Shown: positions 50,884-60,285 of the stretch, piece after piece
How the letters are laid out: each line of letters starts with the position of its first letter
Numbering within the stretch: position 1 is the stretch's first letter
DNA from: an uncultured virus (IMG/VR IMGVR_UViG_3300015263_001049)
Lineage: Duplodnaviria > Heunggongvirae > Uroviricota > Caudoviricetes
Length of the DNA stretch: 64,000 nt
Reading direction: 5' to 3' (one strand)
IMG/VR virus record: IMGVR_UViG_3300015263_001049
Notes under the pieces: generated by a model
The model's database searches: none
What the model was told of the DNA's origin: nothing
Seen by the model: the letters and a program-made list of their open reading frames with translations, nothing else
Translations under genes and position numbers: made by a program

Positions 50884-51540
50884 TCACCACTCGCTTGTGT
50901 AAATAGGCCCATTCGCGTTGTCACGCAACGTCACCTGGAGCCCGTCAGGCTTCTTCTCCGTGATGAGTCGGAGCAGCTCGTCGGCGTCAAACTCCACGAA
51001 GGGGAGAAGACCCGCATCGAGCTGGAACACGAGAAGCGAACCCTCACGATCTGAAGGCTCCATCGCCTCGTAAGGGTCTACGCAGGTACCTTGAAAGAAC
51101 GTCGAGAGCCACCGACGACCCTCGCAGTAGTTCTCAAACCGCAGCGTCGTCGACAGAGCGTTGAGGGTCACAATCCCGTTCGTGCAAAACTTGTCGTCCG
51201 CGTACTCTTCGAGGTCCCGACACGCATAGAGCGTCGTCAAGATGACCTCGGGCTTCCGTACCTCCCGCTTCGCTCGCTCCGAGAGCTGAGGGTACACGTC
51301 GTTCGGCCACGGAATGTCCGACTCAATCGAAGCCCGGCCGCCCGCAAACAGGTCGATCACCAAGCTCCGGGACAACCCTCGACAACCCCCACGGAAGGCT
51401 AGACACAAACCCTCCAACAAGAGACGGTTCGGTGCTCCTCGGTCGAGCCCGACGTACATCTGAGGTCGCTTGCGGATCGCTTCCAAGTCAGCAAGAGGCT
51501 GAATATCAGTACAAACGAGAGGGGTGTAGCCCGCACTCAT
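50884..51540 (-). CDS. degenerate GyrB/ParE N-terminal (GHKL) domain protein
   Basis: 'IQPLADLEAIRKRPQMYVG', 'PEVILTTLYA' and 'GIVTLNALS' align with the GyrB N-terminus; lacks the E-x-x-x-N and G-rich boxes; about 218 aa. Confidence 0.7.
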   Translation of the reverse strand: MSAGYTPLVCTDIQPLADLEAIRKRPQMYVGLDRGAPNRLLLEGLCLAFRGGCRGLSRSLVIDLFAGGRASIESDIPWPNDVYPQLSERAKREVRKPEVILTTLYACRDLEEYADDKFCTNGIVTLNALSTTLRFENYCEGRRWLSTFFQGTCVDPYEAMEPSDREGSLLVFQLDAGLLPFVEFDADELLRLITEKKPDGLQVTLRDNANGPIYTSEW

Positions 51541-51911
51541 GCGTTGCCCGTGTGCTGTACCGCGAAGTACATCCCATCCTTCAAATAGACAGTCTCTCCC
51601 GGCGCCAAACACCCGTCAGGCTTCGGCAAGAAGCCCCGGTGGTACGTCACAGAAGGGTTCCCCGTCTTCCCAGCCATCACCACCACGTCTTCGTAGGACG
51701 CAAGAAGTGAGTGAACCTTCTTCTCCACTCCGTTGATGGTGACCTCGACGCTAAGCTCCCCCGCGATGACCGCCCCAGGGTGGTACTCCACCACGTCGAT
51801 GTCCTCCGGAGCCCTCCGATGTTCCTTCATCGCGTCTTCCTGAGAGTCGTGAGCCTCCCGAGTCCCGTACCTCCGGTCGTGCGTCACGTACAAAACCCCG
51901 TGCTGAGCCAT
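51537..51911 (-). CDS. ubiquitin-like (multi-ubiquitin-type beta-grasp) domain protein
   Basis: 'VEVTINGVEK...ASYEDVVVMA...SVTYHRG...DGCLAPGETVYLKDGMYFAV..TGNA'. Confidence 0.65.
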   Translation of the reverse strand: MAQHGVLYVTHDRRYGTREAHDSQEDAMKEHRRAPEDIDVVEYHPGAVIAGELSVEVTINGVEKKVHSLLASYEDVVVMAGKTGNPSVTYHRGFLPKPDGCLAPGETVYLKDGMYFAVQHTGNA

Positions 51912-52153
51912 CAGATCACGTCCTCTCGATCAAACCGCGTCGGTACCTGAAAGACACCGGGGATCGGCTCACGGTCCTCATGTATTTCCGTGATGCGAAC
52001 CCGCTCGATCCCCTCGTACCCCTCGATGTCCCTCGCATTCCACTGGGCCGAAGCAAGAGCGTCGTACTCGCTGTTGTACGTCTGCCCTTGGAACACCCAA
52101 GAAACCCGGAACACCACCTTGGGTCGCCTCGGAAACTTCTCCGTGAGGCCCAT
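51911..52153 (-). CDS. small protein with C-terminal PTRFDREDVI tag
   Basis: RBS GGAGG. Confidence 0.65.
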   Translation of the reverse strand: MGLTEKFPRRPKVVFRVSWVFQGQTYNSEYDALASAQWNARDIEGYEGIERVRITEIHEDREPIPGVFQVPTRFDREDVI

Positions 52154-54569
52154 GTGCTGCCTCCCTCTGTTCTTCTGGACCCTAGAGCATGGACTTAAAT
52201 TGGGGTGGAGCCACTTTCAAGCCCTTGGTGTAGGACAAAGTGTTCCCATCACACCAAACCCTTGGTCTTCGCCATGGACAGCATCTCTTTGACGACCTCC
52301 GGGTTGTCGTGAAACGTCCACTGGGCTCGAACCACCGTGTAGCTCGGCGTCCCGTCCCCCTGAACCAAGAGCGCCATGTGGACGTGAGCGTCCCCCGCAA
52401 GCTCCACGAGCGAGATACCTTGCTCCTCGCAGACTCGCTTCACTTCTGCACCGTACAGCTCCAGAGCCTTCGCAGCGGCAGCGTTCTTCACCGCCTTGAG
52501 AGCCGCCTCTTGTTCGGGTGTCATGCCTTCGCCTGCCTCTCATACGGCTTCGCACCAGGGAGCGAACAACCACGCTCCCTCGCATCCTCGATGGACGTCG
52601 CTACCATCGGTACCCACTTCCGACCCCAAGGGTCTCGCTCCCAATCAAACCCACCCTGCGACCTGAAAAACTCCAGGTCTTTGACGAAGACAGCACCCGA
52701 TGCCTCCGCTACAAGGACCATGTAGACATCGCGTTTCATCGCGTACACCTGTTGAAATGGTACGTCTCGCAGCGACGGCACCAAGGAGCTGGGGGTCCGT
52801 CACCGCCTCTCCCATAGTCGGGTACCTCCGGTCCGTTGTCTTGAATCGGGTAGCGGTCGTCCCCCCTTATCGGGAACGAGTGAGGAACCGGCTTCGCCGA
52901 GAACCCCATCTCCACCTGAGAGGACTCGGGCTCTGGCCGTGACGACCCTGCTCGCAAACCCTCCACCGTCACGACACCACCGGCTCGCTTCGTCACCCGT
53001 GTCCCAGCCTTGATGTCGAGCACCGTGATCTCCAAACCGGGGAAGTGCTCCTCCGCCCACGCGAGACCATAGCCCTTCCGGGCTTCTACCTTCGCCTGCG
53101 GCGGATACCCCATCTCCGGAAAGGGTGACTTGGCGTCGAGCTGGAGACACACTTGGTCCGGCCCCGTCAGGTTCGTCAGGATCTCGATGCTCTTGATCTT
53201 CACGTCCAACGATCCTCGTTGTAGAAGTCCTCTGCGTTCGCCTCGAAACGGTCCGAGCCCGTGGACTCTTCGGTCACCCGGACGTCCACGTCGAGAGACT
53301 GACCGTTCTTCGTCGTAAACGGCCACGTCAGCCGCCCCACGTCAAACGTCTGGGCGTCCTTGCTCACGATGACGTGAACCGATGCCCTCCCGTTCCCGTG
53401 CGAGTTGTCCCCCCAGTAGCGACGGAGCCGGACGTACGGAGCATACCCCTCGGCCTCGTACTTCTTGCAAGAGCGAGCCACCTCCGCTGCGTCGTCCAGC
53501 ATGAAGTCGTGAACCTGCCCCGTTCGGGCCGTCACCACCACGTGCTGACCCATCCCTCGGACCACCACCACGTTGGGAGAGCTTTGGAAGTACGCCTCGA
53601 AATTCGGATCTTTCATCTTCATCTTGTCACCATCCTGCAACGCCAACCTTCTTGTTGGAACCTGTCCTTGTAGGAGTTGCCGTCCACGTCGAGAAGCACC
53701 GTCCCATCGGCTCCGCGATAGACATGGACCTCGGCAAAAACCCCCTCCCATGTCCCAACGACAGGACTCTCGGGAGGGTGCTTCTGCAACTCCGCTATCA
53801 GCTCGGCCACCGTCATAGCGGCTTCTCCAACCGCCAGATGCTCATCGAGCTGAGGTCCGTGTTCTCCAACGTCCCCTCCTCCGTCTCCACCTGATACGTC
53901 ACCCCATGCGGACCTAGAGCCGCTGTCCGTATCACCCCTCGCTTCTTCCCGTCCTTCCGGACGACCGGACGCCCCAGCAAACCCGTCTCCAGCTTCGTGT
54001 CGCTCATCCCTTCCTCCCGCTCTTGCCAGGGGCCTTCTGCGAACCCCTCCTAAGCCTCCACGCAGCCCGGTGCCTCCGAATCTCCCGCACCATGGCAAGG
54101 ACTAGCCTCGGGTTGATAGGAAGCCCCTCCTTCGACTCCCGCAGCTTCGACACCTCGACCTGCTCGACGAGGGCAAGGTCGTACTCCGTCAGGTCCCTAC
54201 GGTGAGCATCCGAAGGTCCGGTGAGGTACAGCTCCCCTTTCTCCTCGATGAGCGAAGAACCAGGCTCCCTCACGTTCAGTCTCCGGGCTTCCTCCCGAAG
54301 TCCGCGCAAGAGCTGGGCAGGGTCCTTCCCCTCTCGGAGCACTAGGAGCCCGCCCGAAGGGCTCAAGAGGGTCGCTCGATAGTCCTCACACCCATACAGC
54401 CGCGTCACCTCGATGACCCGGCCGTACGGGTCTCGCCATTCCTTGCGATCCACCCAGCCTAGCTCCGGCGCAGGCTTCCCTCGCCAGGTTTGCTTCCATC
54501 GGTGAGGGTTCTCAAAGCTCGGCATCCCTGTCTCTACACCAGACGGGTGGGGTCGGCCGCTCCAAAAGA

Positions 54570-54887
54570 CCAGATTCTAAAGGGAGCCAAGCCATTTTCG
54601 ACCCCCGGACCCCAAAATTTTCCCGGACCAAAATTTTGACCCCCACTTGACCCGAACCCCTTTCCAATTTGGCCTTTCTGAGTACCCCCCCACCCCAAGA
54701 ATCGGTGCCGTCTCTGCTAGGTGACACGACACCTGGCCTTTCCAGGGCTTTTTTGACTCCGGGCTCCAAAAATTGACCGGGGCAAAATTCACGAAACCCC
54801 AGATTCTAAAGGGAATGGCACCAAAACCTGCCCCGTGTCATGCTGGAGAGACGTGCCGGTGCTCCGAAAGGCCAGATTTTGAAGGAA
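54570..54887 (+). repeat. direct repeats CCAGATTCTAAAGGGA (54570-54585, 54799-54814; variant 54872-54887) in an A/T-tract-rich non-coding DNA stretch
   Basis: Two perfect 16-bp copies and one degenerate copy upstream of the recombinase. Confidence 0.7.
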
Positions 54888-55137
54888 AAGACGACGGCGA
54901 TGTCCGGGGCGAAGCCCCTGGACCGTGCGGCGGTACGTGGATCGTGCGTTAACTGGATACGCCCCTCCGACAAATTTTCCGGGTGTCAAGGAAATAATCG
55001 AGCGGTTCGGCGATCGAGTTGTGTCAAGCAGATTTTTCCGAGGAAATATTTGGACCACCCTCCGGAGAGCCCCCGGATGACAGGGTGTGGGAGAAATGGT
55101 GCCCGTGAAACCAGGGCACCTCGATCGTCTAGGAGTC

Positions 55138-55974
55138 ATGGCTACCTCTGACCTCTCAGGAGTGTGCGACGACCTCTCACTCGTGAGCCAGTGGCTCCGA
55201 GGGAGGCCCGACTCCACCAAGCGGGCGTACGAGCCCGTGGCCCTCGCCTTCGTCAAGGCATGCGGGCCACTCAAGGAGGCCACCGTCGAGCGAGTCACCG
55301 CCTACGTGGAGGGGCTCCAGGGGGAGCCAGCGACCAGGGCTCGGCTGGTATCCACCATCAAAAGTCTTCTCTCGTGGGGGTGGCGTACAGGGTACCTGGC
55401 TGCAAACGTGGGGCGTAGTATCAGGTGCGTGAAGGTACCCTCAAAACTTCATGGCAAACTTCTTTCCGAGGACGAGGTTCTTTCTCTCGTGCGTGCGGCC
55501 CCCCAGGGGGGCCGTGACCACGCCCTCTTGGTCCTCCTGTACGTGAGCGGCCTGCGTATCAGTGAGGCCATGAGCCTCAACTGGGGCGACCTCCGGGGCA
55601 ACCACGTCAGCGTCACAGGCAAAGGTACCAAGAGCAGGACCGTTCTCATCCCTGCGTCTGCGGCCGACCTCCTCCGGAGTCTTCAGGAAGGTGTCCAGCA
55701 ACCCCGCCAGAAGCCGATCTTCGTCTCCGCCACGACCGGGGACCGGCTGGGCGTCCGGGCTGCCAGGGAGGCTGTCTACAAGGCCGCCCTTCGGGTGGGC
55801 GACCGGCTGCCTCCCCACTGGCTCCGCCACGCTCATGCTTCGCACGCCCTGGACAACGGGTGCCCGATCCACATCGTCCAGCAAGGGCTGGGTCACGCGA
55901 GCGTCAGCACGACGTCGAAGTACCTCCACGTGAAGCCGGGCGTTGGGCCTAGCCAGTGGCTCCGTCCGGTGTAG
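55138..55974 (+). CDS. tyrosine recombinase (XerC/D-like)
   Basis: catalytic R (SGLRISE), K (GKG), HxxR (HWLRH), H (LGH), Y (TSKY); leaderless after CGTCTA. Confidence 0.93.
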   Translation: MATSDLSGVCDDLSLVSQWLRGRPDSTKRAYEPVALAFVKACGPLKEATVERVTAYVEGLQGEPATRARLVSTIKSLLSWGWRTGYLAANVGRSIRCVKVPSKLHGKLLSEDEVLSLVRAAPQGGRDHALLVLLYVSGLRISEAMSLNWGDLRGNHVSVTGKGTKSRTVLIPASAADLLRSLQEGVQQPRQKPIFVSATTGDRLGVRAAREAVYKAALRVGDRLPPHWLRHAHASHALDNGCPIHIVQQGLGHASVSTTSKYLHVKPGVGPSQWLRPV

Positions 55975-56361
55975 TATCTGGAGACGCCTCGATCGGGCTC
56001 GTGGTCAACCCCCCCTGACCCCCCGATCGAGGCGTTGTTTTTTCCGGAAGACCGGGCGTCTCGATCGTCTACCCATTGGACGGAGGAAGGCTCCACGGGG
56101 GAGCTTAGCCGGACGGAGTAGGGACGCTTCGGGGAGGTGTACCCAAAATCCGGGCGTCCCCCGGACGGATCTCCCCGAGGCATGCCCCGGCGCCGGGTCA
56201 AGCTCGTCGGTCGAGCCTTCCTCCCGGCACCTAGTAGACGATCGACCTCGGCCCGTTTTCGAGAAAAGTTCGCACCTACATCCGGGCGTCTGAGCCCGTC
56301 CCCACTGGGGGGTCTGAGAACGCCCCCTTGACGCATCGCAGCTAGAAATGCAGGGCGACCG

Positions 56362-56387
56362 GACCGGGGCTCTTCGGCCCCGGTTTT
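56362..56387 (+). terminator. GC hairpin GACCGGGGC-TCTTCG-GCCCCGGTT followed by T-tract
   Basis: inverted repeat at the convergence with the HNH gene. Confidence 0.6.
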
Positions 56388-56390
56388 GTC

Positions 56391-56948
56391 CTACACGGAC
56401 TTGAGCTTCCGCCTGTATCGGGAGTCCGACCGACTCTCGTACGCCTCCAGGGCGGCTCGCAGACCGTCCAGGTTGCCCGTGGTGAGGGCGATACGGGCCG
56501 CTCGGGCGAACCCTTCCGCCAGCTCCTTGTTGGCCTTCCCAGGGTGCTTGTGACCGAGCGTCCTGTAGCGGTGTAGGTGCTGCTCGGAATGCGTCGCCAG
56601 CTCCAGGTTGTCGAGCCGGTTGTTGGCGGGGTCTCCGTCCTTGTGGTTCACGGTCATACGCTCGGGGATGTCCCCATGGGCCATCTGCCACACGAAGCGG
56701 GCGACCGAGACGGTCCAGTAGTGACCCTGAGCCCGGATCTTGAAGCACCGATGTCCGCCCTTGGGGCCGTTGTCGATGCGGCTCGGGGGTCGGAGGATAG
56801 ACCGAAGCGCATCCATCCTCCGAAGGCGGTACACGGAGCCGTCCGGGTCGAGGCGTAGGTAGCCCTCACGGGCGAGCCGTGCCGCTTCACGCTCCGGGAA
56901 GTTCCTCGAATACGGCCCGCCCTTCCACTGCCCCGGTAGGTGCTCCAT
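56391..56948 (-). CDS. HNH endonuclease (HNH_3-type)
   Basis: 'VARFVWQMAHGDIP..MTVNHKDGDPANNRLDNLELATHSEQHLH'. Confidence 0.85.
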   Translation of the reverse strand: MEHLPGQWKGGPYSRNFPEREAARLAREGYLRLDPDGSVYRLRRMDALRSILRPPSRIDNGPKGGHRCFKIRAQGHYWTVSVARFVWQMAHGDIPERMTVNHKDGDPANNRLDNLELATHSEQHLHRYRTLGHKHPGKANKELAEGFARAARIALTTGNLDGLRAALEAYESRSDSRYRRKLKSV

Positions 56949-57202
56949 GACCCCATTGTGAGGGGCGTATGCCGGACAGTCAAGCTCCGGCCTATGGACC
57001 TCAAAACGAGACTTCTCGGATCTACCCCCCGTTTCATCGGGGAAACAGGGGCGTCCCGAGAGCCGAGCGACTGGCCGCTTCGCGGCCGGCGCAGGGCTGT
57101 CGCTCGATTCCCCCTCGCCCGTCAGGGTTCGAGGCAGCTCCCCCACGAGCACGGGTCGGGGCCGTGCGTCATTTTCATGCCCGTTTCATCGGGCACGCCG
57201 GG

Positions 57203-57234
57203 AAAATACCATGCCCGAAGAGGCATGGTATTTT
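57203..57234. repeat. perfect 13-bp inverted repeat AAAATACCATGCC-N6-GGCATGGTATTTT
   Basis: seen directly, in non-coding DNA. Confidence 0.8.
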
Positions 57235-57368
57235 GGAGGCCGGCTCGTCAAGCGGCGTACCAATTACCGCCTGTCGTTTGCCGCCGAATGTGTCCGTGAA
57301 CGCGTTTGGTTTTCGGGGCTCCCTCACCTACCGGACCTACATAGGCGCCTTCGGCGCTCTTGTCTGTC

Positions 57369-57404
57369 GAGTACGTGAACGAGTACGTGAACGAGTACGT
57401 GAAC
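57369..57404 (+). repeat. tandem repeat (GAGTACGTGAAC)x3
   Basis: three perfect 12-bp copies; iteron-like. Confidence 0.85.
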
Positions 57405-58119
57405 CGAGAAGGGGGTCCGGGGGGAGGGAGCGTCTGGAGAGGGGGAGGTCGATTCCGATCAGAATGGGCGACCTGTTGGCGTCCTCTCAGGCATGTCTAG
57501 GAAGCTGTCTCGAAAGCGGGTCGAGACTCTGTACCCTTGTGAGCGTTGCGGGGTGTGTGAGCCTTCTGGGAGGCTTGGGCGAGTCCGCCTTGACGGTGTC
57601 GTTCGGACGGTCTGTCAGGTGTGTCGGGAGACGATTCGTCGGTTGGACCGTGGGCCTTCTCTGGAGGGTGTGGCTCTCGACTCTCTCGACTCTTCGCCTG
57701 TGGGACCGTCTGGTTCCGCCTATCCACTGACGGGGGTTGGGCGGCTCGTTGGGGCGGACGTTTTCATGCGTCTTCGGTGTCCACGTCTTCGGGGCGACTG
57801 AGGGGGTCGGGTCCGCCTGGGAGAAGCCTACCTCATGACACGTTGGGTCGTCCTTTGGGTCTTCAAGTAGTCGTCATAAAAGAGGAAACCTGACGAGTGA
57901 GGGATAGGCTGGATCATGGGGCACGGAGGCGGGTTTGGGCTTTGGCTCGGGCGCCCCCTTCGGTGGTTTCGGTGCCCCACCAACCGTCACGGTCGATGTC
58001 CAGGTGGGAGGGGCCGAAGAGGACTTCCCAGCGCCAGCAGTCGGGGGCGACTTGGGTGACGGTCGCCAAGTGGTCTTCGTAACGGGCGAAGCTGTATCCT
58101 GGCTCGGGTGTGGTCCAGT

Positions 58120-58905
58120 TCATGTGTCTACGGGGTTGAGGGCGGCCATGGTTTGTTGCCAAGCACGGAGGCAGTTTGGGATGAGGCGTTCGACTTCGGC
58201 TCTTGCGGCATTGAGGTCCCTTGGGTTCCGACCTGCGCCTGTACGTCCTGGGTGGAGGGTGTCCCAGAGGGAGGCTCTCTCGTTTCCGTTCCTTCGGTTG
58301 TCGAGGTTGTGGTGACGGGAGCCGAAGCCGAAGTGACCTACGTTCCAGAGGGGGTTGAAGAGGTCGTGGAGAGCCCTCTCGATGTCGAGGAGCGTGTGTG
58401 GGAGGATGAGGAATCTGGCGGTGAAGTTCTCTGGGCCTAAGCCAGTTTGGGTGAGGGATCTTCCGCCGTGTTGGTAGTAGATTCTGTCGTGGAGGGCGTC
58501 GGCTCGACCATCGGCTTTACCGATGTAGATGGGGCAAGTGGACCCTGGTGAGCGGAGGGGCTGATAGAGGTCGAAGTCGCCGTGGTAGAAGAGGGCGTAG
58601 ACGCCGATTCCTTGGAAGGGGCGTACGGGTGGTTCGTGGAGTGGGAAGGGTCCGACGTTGAGGAGCCTTCGGGCGTGAGCGAGGATGAGCTTCGTACGGA
58701 CGACGTCGCCCATGGGGTCGTAGGGGGTAAGGTCGCTCTCTTGGAAGGCCCTTGTTGGGGCTGGGCATTCGAGCTTTTCGACGACGACCGGGGCGGGTGG
58801 GAGGCAATCGAGGGGTGAGTCGTCGCCTTCGGGGGTGATGGGCTTTGGCTTCGGTTTGGGGAGGAAGTCGAGGGGGTCGTCGTCACCCTCCGGTGGTCTG
58901 AGCAT
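58120..58905 (-). CDS. Eco29kI-family GIY-YIG endonuclease
   Basis: 'GVYALFYHGDF..Y', 'PIYIGKA', 'E..L...NPLWN..GFG..H', 'SLWDTLHPGR'. Confidence 0.85.
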   Translation of the reverse strand: MLRPPEGDDDPLDFLPKPKPKPITPEGDDSPLDCLPPAPVVVEKLECPAPTRAFQESDLTPYDPMGDVVRTKLILAHARRLLNVGPFPLHEPPVRPFQGIGVYALFYHGDFDLYQPLRSPGSTCPIYIGKADGRADALHDRIYYQHGGRSLTQTGLGPENFTARFLILPHTLLDIERALHDLFNPLWNVGHFGFGSRHHNLDNRRNGNERASLWDTLHPGRTGAGRNPRDLNAARAEVERLIPNCLRAWQQTMAALNPVDT

Positions 58906-59641
58906 CCGTGTGGGTACACCGTCATGGGATTCGGGCGTTACGGAGGGTCAGCTCGTGTTCGGCCATGGTTCTCTCTTCGGGTGTGAGGGGGCCGTTTGGT
59001 CCGTCGAAGGTTCCGTTGAGGAGGCCGCGAAGGTATTCGGTGGAGCACTCGTCGGGGGCGAAGACGAAGCGGATGGGGACGGCGAGGACGCCATGGGGCG
59101 GGACGTCTTCGTCTTGGGAGGCGTTGGTGAACGGCTTTTTCTTCATCGACGGCGTTGAGCTTTGCGGGCCTTCCGAGCGGCCTTGGCCTTGGAGCGATCG
59201 ACGGGCTTACGGGGCTTCCCGTGGGCCTCTTGGTTGGGGAGCTTGGAGAGGCCGTCGAGGATGATTCGGTCTTCGTTTTCCATGTACTCTTGGTAGAAGC
59301 GGGCGCCTGTTGGGTAGGTGACGGGTTGGATTCTCACGGGATCCACTTGAGGGTAACGTAGGCCGTCGCTTGAGCGAGCGAAGGGAAGGTCCCTTGTGGG
59401 GCGCATTCACCGGAGACTTTGAAGCCTTCGGGGGTCAGCTCGATGAGGAAGCTCCCGTGGACGATGTTGACGAGGGGTTGGACCTCTCGGTGTGTTCCGC
59501 CACGGATCAGGTGGGGGTTTTGGCCTCGTGAGCGGGAGTTTTCCCAATCGAGAGGATGGGAGGCTTTGGCGTAGAGTCCTGCGTGTGTCAGCTCGTCTAC
59601 GGATTCTTGGACATGTGCGAAGAGAAGAACGTCGTCGGGGG

Positions 59642-59908
59642 TCATACTTTGCGGGCACGTGGGCCGTACTTCAGAACGGTGAGGGGGTCGAGGAGCGGGG
59701 AGCGGTACTTTTGCTCGGAGGGCCGTGACATCTTGTAGATTCGCGGCTTGTTCCAGTTGGGGCTATGGCATTTGGGGCATTTGCCTGGCTCGGGCCACGG
59801 GTCTTCGGGCTTTTTGCCATCGGGCTCGCGTTCGATGCCTTGGGGTTCCCATTCCCAGCCGCAGCGGATGCAGCGGTAGCCCCACATGGCGATGAGGGTC
59901 AGGGGCAT
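59642..59908 (-). CDS. small zinc-ribbon protein
   Basis: 'CIRCGWEW...PGKCPKCHSPNWNKPR'. Confidence 0.65.
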   Translation of the reverse strand: MPLTLIAMWGYRCIRCGWEWEPQGIEREPDGKKPEDPWPEPGKCPKCHSPNWNKPRIYKMSRPSEQKYRSPLLDPLTVLKYGPRARKV

Positions 59909-60285
59909 ACGTCCTCACGCTCGAAACGGGTGGGTGCAATCCGGAGTGTCGCTCTTTGGGGGCATGGGATCCACGTCATCCACAAGGAGTTACGCCTTGA
60001 GATCCACCAATGGCTGTGGACCTTCTTGCGGAGGTACTCGGGGGCGTTAGGGTCGTCGGACTCGATGCTCACGCGGTGGCAGTCCGGGTCTGGGCTCCAC
60101 TCGGTCTTGACGACACGAGCGGGGTAGACCCCGTGCATATCTGCGACCTTGAGCCAATCACCGGGGCTCACGTCGAGGGGGCAATCCCAATCCGTTGTGC
60201 ATTTAGGGCAACGGCACAAGTGGAAGATGCGGCACGTCCCACCGTTCGGTGGTGTGTCCCATTCGCCTGGGAAGGTGCAGCTCAT
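59899..60285 (-). CDS. hypothetical protein with C-terminal PTRFEREDV tag
   Basis: RBS GAGGAG; ATGA overlap. Confidence 0.6.
   Translation of the reverse strand: MSCTFPGEWDTPPNGGTCRIFHLCRCPKCTTDWDCPLDVSPGDWLKVADMHGVYPARVVKTEWSPDPDCHRVSIESDDPNAPEYLRKKVHSHWWISRRNSLWMTWIPCPQRATLRIAPTRFEREDVCP

Noticed and set aside
54570..54814. GATTCTAAA in the repeats matches the anticodon loops of both CUA tRNAs (possible att core)
   Set aside because: Only 9 bp with no flanking tRNA similarity; not distinguishable from chance without further data.
55138..55974. Prophage or island boundary at the recombinase
   Set aside because: Phage-like genes, the GGTGTA promoter motif and the same C-terminal tag continue on both sides; no host genes or att duplication are seen.
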